Assembly (NCBI GenBank): GCA_048885865.1 | Contig: JBHLLF010000003.1 | Coordinates: forward strand, 96,001 to 160,000 | DNA from: Candidatus Hermodarchaeota archaeon | Lineage (GTDB): Archaea; Asgardarchaeota; Thorarchaeia; Thorarchaeales; Thorarchaeaceae | Direction of reading: 5' to 3' | Length of the DNA: 64,000 bases | Notes under the pieces: generated by a model | Seen by the model: only the letters and a program-made list of their open reading frames with translations | Databases searched by the model: none | Told to the model about the DNA's origin: nothing | Made by a program: the position numbers and the translations under genes | Part shown: piece after piece, positions 58,210-64,000 of the stretch | Position numbering within the stretch: the stretch's first letter is position 1 | Layout of the letters: the number at the start of each line of letters is the position of its first letter

Positions 58210-60036
58210 CTGACCTTAGACGATTGGTCGATAGAGAAGTCGAGGCTAATCTATGGACTCAGTAGCAACGATCTTCATTTCCTGGACATCAATGAGCAAG
58301 GTGATTTGGTTATCAAACTTGATGACAGCACAATCTCAATCCGTGAGATTGTGAAGCGAATCGAAGCTGCAAATGGAACTCGAACAGGCTATACATCTTC
58401 CTTTACCCTGCGAATCCCCCAGCTCATCTCGTACCAAGTCAGGAAGCTGGTTGCCACGTTTCACAAAGTGATCGAAGCTATGGATTACAAAGGTGAATTT
58501 AGTGCTGTATATCCAGTGAAGGTGAATCAGCGACGTGACTATGTAGTTCAAGTCCTCCACACCAATCCTGATTACGGCCTTGAGGCAGGGACGAAGGCAG
58601 AGCTGTTCCTCATCAAATCCGTGTTAGAGATGGAGAAGCATCGACTCATAATCTGCAATGGTGCTAAAGATCCTGAATATCTCAACACAATTCAGGATTG
58701 CATTGAGGAGGGCTACAACATTGCGGTATCAATTGAGTCACTTCACGAGGCCCAGCTCATTGTAGATAGATTCCGTCCTGGGAAAGTCAACATGGTTCTG
58801 AGAATAAAACCGTATGTGACAGCCAGGGGCCATTGGTCACACTCTGCAGGACGCGATTCCAAGTTTGGTTTGAGTATACATGACCTATTCGATGTGGTAG
58901 GCCTGCTGAAGGCAAAAGGATTCGAGGACTCTGTTTCCACTATTCTGGGACATGTTGGCTCTCAAATCACAGCGATTGAGGATTTCGTAGGATTTGCAGA
59001 GTTTATGACGAGGACATTTCTGGAGTTGCGGCAAAATGGCCTCGCAGGCCTCACACTGATTGACTTTGGTGGTGGACTCCCCATTGACTATACTAGTACG
59101 TACGCACCAAACTTGATGGAGCAATACGCTGAATCGTTAGTTAAAGGCATCCAAAATGAGCTACTCAAATGGCCGAAGGGATTAGCTCCAAACATAATGG
59201 TTGAGTCTGGACGAGGACTAACAGCCCTCGGATCTGTGGTGCTAATCAAAGCCTTGGAGGTAAGGTCTGTATTCCCAAGCCTTGAGGACATTGGCGAGAG
59301 CGGCATGAGTCAATACAAGGCAGTGCTGGAAGAGATAGCAGATGCTGCTTCTATCAGCGAGCTTGCGGAAGTCTGGAACACCTTTCAGATTGGCAAGAGC
59401 ACCTTGGCAGATTCCCTTGTTGCACTGAGGGAGAGAGAGGCACTAATCGGTCAGGTGAGAGCTGAGATTCGCAGGAGAATCGTAAGACTAGGAGTAACGA
59501 GCTTGAGGTCTGACGCACTGAGTGAGAGCTTGTGGCATCCAGACCATATTGTTATAGGAAACTTCAGTGTGTTCAACAGCGCCTGCGATTACGTTCTGGT
59601 GAAACAGCACTTCCCGATTGTTCCAATTCGCGATCTTCATCTTCACCCCGAAACGACTGTGCGGCTTTGTGACTTAACTTGTGATTCGGATGGTGAGATT
59701 TCTCAGTTTCATAGAAAAGGCACTGGGGAGATTTGGTTCACTCGGGACTCCCGCCCGGTGACCATGCCTATAGGTCAGATGGGAGAGGGAATTCCTGTTG
59801 GATCAATCGAGAATATACCAGGCTCATATTTCGCTATCGCACTCACAGGTGCATATCAAGATGTGATTGAGATGAACCACAATCTACTTGGTGACCTTCC
59901 TGATGTTGAAATCATCCTTAACAAAGAAGGAAAGTGGCAGGTTAGGTGGATGACCGGAGCTGAAAGCATGGAGGACATTCTAGAGGAGATGGGATTCGTT
60001 GGGTTCGACATAGACGAAGACCCATACATTTCCTGA
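58210..60036 (+). CDS. speA: Biosynthetic arginine decarboxylase (PLP fold III, bacterial SpeA type)
   Basis: YPVKVNQ, GLEAGTKAEL, CNGAKD, HVGSQ, DFGGGL, TCDSDG, GAYQ; frame extends upstream to CTG 58210 (GAGGTG SD), adding WSIEKSRLIYG. Confidence 0.88.
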   Translation: MTLDDWSIEKSRLIYGLSSNDLHFLDINEQGDLVIKLDDSTISIREIVKRIEAANGTRTGYTSSFTLRIPQLISYQVRKLVATFHKVIEAMDYKGEFSAVYPVKVNQRRDYVVQVLHTNPDYGLEAGTKAELFLIKSVLEMEKHRLIICNGAKDPEYLNTIQDCIEEGYNIAVSIESLHEAQLIVDRFRPGKVNMVLRIKPYVTARGHWSHSAGRDSKFGLSIHDLFDVVGLLKAKGFEDSVSTILGHVGSQITAIEDFVGFAEFMTRTFLELRQNGLAGLTLIDFGGGLPIDYTSTYAPNLMEQYAESLVKGIQNELLKWPKGLAPNIMVESGRGLTALGSVVLIKALEVRSVFPSLEDIGESGMSQYKAVLEEIADAASISELAEVWNTFQIGKSTLADSLVALREREALIGQVRAEIRRRIVRLGVTSLRSDALSESLWHPDHIVIGNFSVFNSACDYVLVKQHFPIVPIRDLHLHPETTVRLCDLTCDSDGEISQFHRKGTGEIWFTRDSRPVTMPIGQMGEGIPVGSIENIPGSYFAIALTGAYQDVIEMNHNLLGDLPDVEIILNKEGKWQVRWMTGAESMEDILEEMGFVGFDIDEDPYIS

Positions 60037-60083
60037 TCTCTAAATGATTCTATGCTAGTTCTCAACGCTTAAGACTAGAGAGA

Positions 60084-60908
60084 GTGGCTGAAACAGGACT
60101 AGAAATGACAGAGTCATATCATTCCAAGCTGGAAATTGTGAGAGAGTCACTTAGAGGAAAGAAAGTGCTTGTAGCTTTTAGTGGTGGCGTTGACAGCTCA
60201 ACTCTAGCCTTGATAGCACGAGATATAGCTGATGAAGTGGTTCTTCTTACGATGGATACTGTCACCTTTGCTGAATCAGAACTTGAAGTAGCCAAGCGTG
60301 TCGCATCAGAGATTGGGCTGCAGCATGACATTGAATGGCATGACTGGTTGGCAGAGGGCGAGCTTGTAGAAAACCCGCGAGATCGATGCTATCAATGCAA
60401 GAAGAAACTTGCACAGCGATGGATCCAAGAAGCAAAGAAACGGGGACTCGATATGGTCATCGAGGGTACTACAGCAAGTGATGTTGAGAGCTATCGACCG
60501 GGAGAGAAAGCCCTTAGAGAGACCAGCGTTCGCTCACCATTACTTGAGGCTGGTATGACAAAGGATGAGGTCCGTGAAATCGCGCGAGAGAATGGCCTCT
60601 CGGTTTCTGACAGTCCTTCCATGGCATGTTTAGCCACGAGATTCCCATATGGGACCCGGATAACGAGTGAGAAGCTCGAGATGGTCGCCGGGATCGAAAA
60701 CTTCGCTAGGCTCCATTTTGGTGTAAAGAGTGTTCGTGCGCGCTATCATGGAGATCTAGTGCGAGTGGAAGTTGGACGAAATGAACGCTCAAAGCTATTT
60801 GATGAAAGAAAGCTTGACGAGTTCCAAAAGTATGCTGCTGACCTGGGCTTTACTTTCGTTACTATCGATGTATTTGGATACAGGACTGGAGCTATGGATG
60901 AAAGCTGA
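60084..60908 (+). CDS. larE: LarE-family ATP-dependent sulfur transferase
   Basis: AFSGGVDS PP-loop, RCYQCK, RPG, ACLATRFPYG. Confidence 0.88.
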   Translation: MAETGLEMTESYHSKLEIVRESLRGKKVLVAFSGGVDSSTLALIARDIADEVVLLTMDTVTFAESELEVAKRVASEIGLQHDIEWHDWLAEGELVENPRDRCYQCKKKLAQRWIQEAKKRGLDMVIEGTTASDVESYRPGEKALRETSVRSPLLEAGMTKDEVREIARENGLSVSDSPSMACLATRFPYGTRITSEKLEMVAGIENFARLHFGVKSVRARYHGDLVRVEVGRNERSKLFDERKLDEFQKYAADLGFTFVTIDVFGYRTGAMDES

Positions 60909-60949
60909 TGCCTGTCTCGCCCTCGATAAGATAGGCGGATTGGAATTGG

Positions 60950-61165
60950 TCAAGTAATTTCTAGTTCGATATCCTCCCCAGTCCACTGCTTGACTAAAAT
61001 ATAGAGATGCTTTATCTGATCTGGCTTGAGACGTGGCATCTTCTCGGATATCCACTTTCTCATCATGAATGAGTTCAGATACTGCTCTCGCAACTTCTTC
61101 GTAGCATTAGACAAAGGAAACCCTCCTGGAAACATTCCTTTTCTAGAATCATATCTAATAGCCAT
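60950..61165 (-). CDS. Small hypothetical protein
   Basis: 71 aa from ATG 61165, just downstream of the peptidase gene. Confidence 0.4.
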   Translation of the reverse strand: MAIRYDSRKGMFPGGFPLSNATKKLREQYLNSFMMRKWISEKMPRLKPDQIKHLYILVKQWTGEDIELEIT

Positions 61166-61197
61166 GGTAGTCACATAAACTTTTGCGAAGAATTTTA

Positions 61198-62385
61198 CTA
61201 GATGCAGATTAGCTCCTTTTGAGGGCGCGAGAGGAACTCGCACCCCTTTCTTGTGATGAGTATGTCCTCTTCCAGGCTGATTTGACCATAATGTTCGGTC
61301 GTGACATATAATTCAAGGGTAAATATGTTCCCGACTTCAACTACCCCCATGGGCGTATCACCATATCGTTCCCATCGTGGCCCAAGTAGGGTGCCACCAT
61401 CATGAGCTTGCCTTCCAAGCTGGTGGCCTAATGCATGTTGATATTCCTCATACCCATGTTCTTTTACAAACTCCCGTGCTATTGTGTCGACTTCGTATCC
61501 CACAGCACCCGGCCGTATCCAGTCAGCTGCAGCTTGAATTGCGTCTCTGACGGTTTCAAAGGCATGCTGCACTTCCTGAGGCACATCCTCCGGTTTTCCG
61601 AAAAAGAACATCCGTTGTATGTCAGAGCAATAATTCATATACTTCACACCGAAATCAAAGTGGAGCAGATGCCCCTCTTTCGTAACATGAGAAGTGGGGC
61701 CTAAATGGCCAAATTGCTTGTAGGGACCAGCATCGACCGCAGGATTATGGTCCCTTCCCCACGCAAAACCTACTCCATATTGGTTCATCGCTTCATGGAA
61801 CTTGTTCTGGATTTCTATCTCAGTCATTCCAACTTTCAGGAATGTCCGTGCTTCTTCAAAGATGGATTCTGTAATCCGAATTGCTTCTCTTATTCTCTCA
61901 ACCTCGGTCTGGGTCTTGCGTCCGCGCAGCTTTGACACGACATTCTCCGCACTCACTAGACGATTCTTGAAGTCTGAGACAGCGAGATAATCCTGGAGAA
62001 GAAGGTACATTCCGTGGGAAAGTCCATCTGCGGCAACATCATTTCTGCTGTAATTGATTGCTATTCTTGATGGTCCAAGCCGGTTTAATTCCTTGATGAA
62101 GGGCTCCTTGATGCCCTCAGTGTAGGGAATAACTCCGCCAAAGAGGCCGGTGGCTTTTGTGGCATCCGCATCGAAGTTACCGACAATAGCAATGGGCTTC
62201 TTGTTCAATGGGAATAGCAAGGCAGACTGCCAAACGAAACTGCCAGGATATATCAACTCAAGAACGGGGTCCGCCATTTGGGAAGTTTCTCGAACCCACA
62301 CAAGCCATAGATCAGTATCATCTTCACTTAGGATTTGACTTACTTGGTTCACCTTTTCCTTCTGTAATTCATTATTCATGATCAT
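61198..62385 (-). CDS. M24 Xaa-Pro peptidase family
   Basis: DFG, YCSDIQR, HALGHQLG..AHD, FTLE, LEED. Confidence 0.9.
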   Translation of the reverse strand: MIMNNELQKEKVNQVSQILSEDDTDLWLVWVRETSQMADPVLELIYPGSFVWQSALLFPLNKKPIAIVGNFDADATKATGLFGGVIPYTEGIKEPFIKELNRLGPSRIAINYSRNDVAADGLSHGMYLLLQDYLAVSDFKNRLVSAENVVSKLRGRKTQTEVERIREAIRITESIFEEARTFLKVGMTEIEIQNKFHEAMNQYGVGFAWGRDHNPAVDAGPYKQFGHLGPTSHVTKEGHLLHFDFGVKYMNYCSDIQRMFFFGKPEDVPQEVQHAFETVRDAIQAAADWIRPGAVGYEVDTIAREFVKEHGYEEYQHALGHQLGRQAHDGGTLLGPRWERYGDTPMGVVEVGNIFTLELYVTTEHYGQISLEEDILITRKGCEFLSRPQKELICI

Positions 62386-62403
62386 ATCCTCTCAGTAGAT
62401 GTG

Positions 62404-63513
62404 TCAATCATTTGGAGTGATGACCGCCTTGACTGATTCGTGGCGCTCCTGCGTTTCTAATGCCTCTTGCGTCTTGTCTAGTGAGAACTTGTGTGTCACA
62501 ACATCCTCGAACGGAAACTCGTCATAATTGTCAGCAATAGTACGAACTGCTTGATACACATGTGTCGTTTCTGAACCCCAGACCGTACGTATATCGAGAT
62601 GCTTTCGATTCATAAGATGGGGATTAATTTCTACAGTTCCACTGTCTGTGTATTGGCCGCAAATCGTATAGGTTCCACCCTCCCTCACAAGCTCAATCCC
62701 CTCAGGAACGGCCAATGCACTCCCTGTTGCTTCATATACAATGTCAGGACCGTGTCCATCAGTGATATCCCTCAGGAAGTCATACCGTTCCTTCAAAGAG
62801 GTCTCCCTGATGTTCAACGTGTGAGTAGCTCCGAACTTCTCAGCTAGGTTGAGTCGGTGAGATTCCATATCGATTGAGGTGATTGTTGCAGCTCCATTGA
62901 TTTTTGCCAGTGATAAGAGCATAAGCCCAACAGGTCCTGCGCCTTGAATCACAACATTTGAACCCCACTTCAAGGGACTACGAGTCACTGTATGAACAGC
63001 AGTTGGCATCGCACACCCCACAGCACCGGCACCATCAAAGCTCACATGATCAGGTATTTGAATAACGTGCGTTCCCGGTGAAAGATACACGTACTCACTG
63101 TAGGCTCCAATTAGGTGTGGCCATTTGGTAGAGTCCATTGTAATGCCATACACCTCCCGATTGGGGCATTTCGTGGGAGCCTTGGCAATTAGGCAAAACC
63201 AACAGGAGTAACAGGTCTTCGTCACATCATGAATTGTGACCCTGTCTCCAACTTTTATCTCATGACCATCTACATTCTTGATCTTCTTTGGTCCTATGGC
63301 TTCAACTGTTCCCACCATTTCGTGTCCAGGAATCAAGGGGTATGGCACACCAGCCAGTTTGCCATGCCATAAATGAACATCAGTTCCGCAAACTCCTGCA
63401 TTTGCCACCCTTAGCAAAGCAGCACCGGGTTTCAACTCAGGAATCTCAAACTCCTGAATTTCAACCGGAGCATCTGGTTTGGGGATCACAGCTGCACGAC
63501 TAGTCTTAGGCAT
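62404..63513 (-). CDS. Zinc-dependent medium-chain alcohol dehydrogenase
   Basis: CGTD, GHE, CYSCWFC...C, GAGPVG. Confidence 0.92.
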   Translation of the reverse strand: MPKTSRAAVIPKPDAPVEIQEFEIPELKPGAALLRVANAGVCGTDVHLWHGKLAGVPYPLIPGHEMVGTVEAIGPKKIKNVDGHEIKVGDRVTIHDVTKTCYSCWFCLIAKAPTKCPNREVYGITMDSTKWPHLIGAYSEYVYLSPGTHVIQIPDHVSFDGAGAVGCAMPTAVHTVTRSPLKWGSNVVIQGAGPVGLMLLSLAKINGAATITSIDMESHRLNLAEKFGATHTLNIRETSLKERYDFLRDITDGHGPDIVYEATGSALAVPEGIELVREGGTYTICGQYTDSGTVEINPHLMNRKHLDIRTVWGSETTHVYQAVRTIADNYDEFPFEDVVTHKFSLDKTQEALETQERHESVKAVITPND

Positions 63514-63641
63514 CTTGACTCACACCTCACTGTCAACAAATCTTATGCATTTGACTGGAAAACCCCGATTTAACACTGAGGCTTTGACAATTATGCGGTT
63601 AATGAGAAACGCTAAAGAGTGGCGCTTTTGCTTTCGAACTC

Positions 63642-64000
63642 ATGGGAGAACCCTTCAAGCTCTACCTTCACGAGATTCAGCCAAGTCAACTCTACATTAG
63701 CAAGGCGAAGCTGGATGCAGTCATCAATGGAAGGAACCTGGGAGACCTGTCCATGTATGCGCCAATACCGATCAAGGAGATAGGTGGGGAGCTCGTGTCA
63801 ACAGATGGGCACACCCGAGGAGTTGCCTGGTTGCTGGAAGGATATGAAGAGGTCGAGGTTGAATGGGAAACCTTTGAGCTTGACTGGGAAGCCTATGAGG
63901 TTTGCATACAATGGTGCAAAGAGGAGGGCATTACCTCAATTGGAGACCTGAAGAATCGAGTCATTGATCATAGTGACTACGAAGTTCTTTGGTACGATAG
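63642..64000 (+). CDS. ParB/Srx-like fold protein, truncated at window edge
   Basis: Manual translation MGEPFKLYLHEIQPSQLYISKAKL...PIPIKEIGGELVSTDGHTR; open to the end of the window. Confidence 0.65.
   Translation, partial: MGEPFKLYLHEIQPSQLYISKAKLDAVINGRNLGDLSMYAPIPIKEIGGELVSTDGHTRGVAWLLEGYEEVEVEWETFELDWEAYEVCIQWCKEEGITSIGDLKNRVIDHSDYEVLWYD

Noticed and set aside
60084-60908. Complete nickel-pincer (lar) cofactor cluster
   Set aside because: Only larE is present; no larA, larB or larC in the window, and stand-alone larE is common in archaea.
1-64000. rRNA, tRNA (including tRNA-Sec), CRISPR arrays, transposases/integrases
   Set aside because: None recognised by eye and intergenic gaps are short; tRNAscan-SE/Infernal would be needed to exclude small RNAs.

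Overview
A gene-dense chromosomal window from an archaeon. It is most consistent with an Asgard archaeon, probably Thorarchaeia-like (inference from proteasome alpha, archaeal DtdA, MtrH-like and TAT-less reductive dehalogenase genes, GGTGA/GAGGTG Shine-Dalgarno sites, CTG/TTG starts and several eukaryote-like proteins). It carries glycerol/sugar-kinase genes, NAD salvage (pncB-pncA), a fatty-acid beta-oxidation/ADP-forming acetate-CoA ligase region, tandem CdrS-like RHH genes, a block of uncharacterised coiled-coil proteins, an rdhA next to a corrinoid methyl-transfer module, a pair of Cache-HAMP membrane sensors and a bacterial-type SpeA. The main result is a probable selenoprotein gene missed by the ORF track (37776-38579). 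It has a single in-frame TGA in a CxxU motif (E-C-A-S-U-G) in a protein I cannot assign to a known selenoprotein family. It is followed by a eukaryote-type SECIS hairpin (AUGA-N11-AAA...GA) whose AUGA overlaps the gene's own TGA stop codon. No rRNA, tRNA, CRISPR array or transposase was recognised. All calls are by-eye motif recognition; no database searches or folding programs were run.
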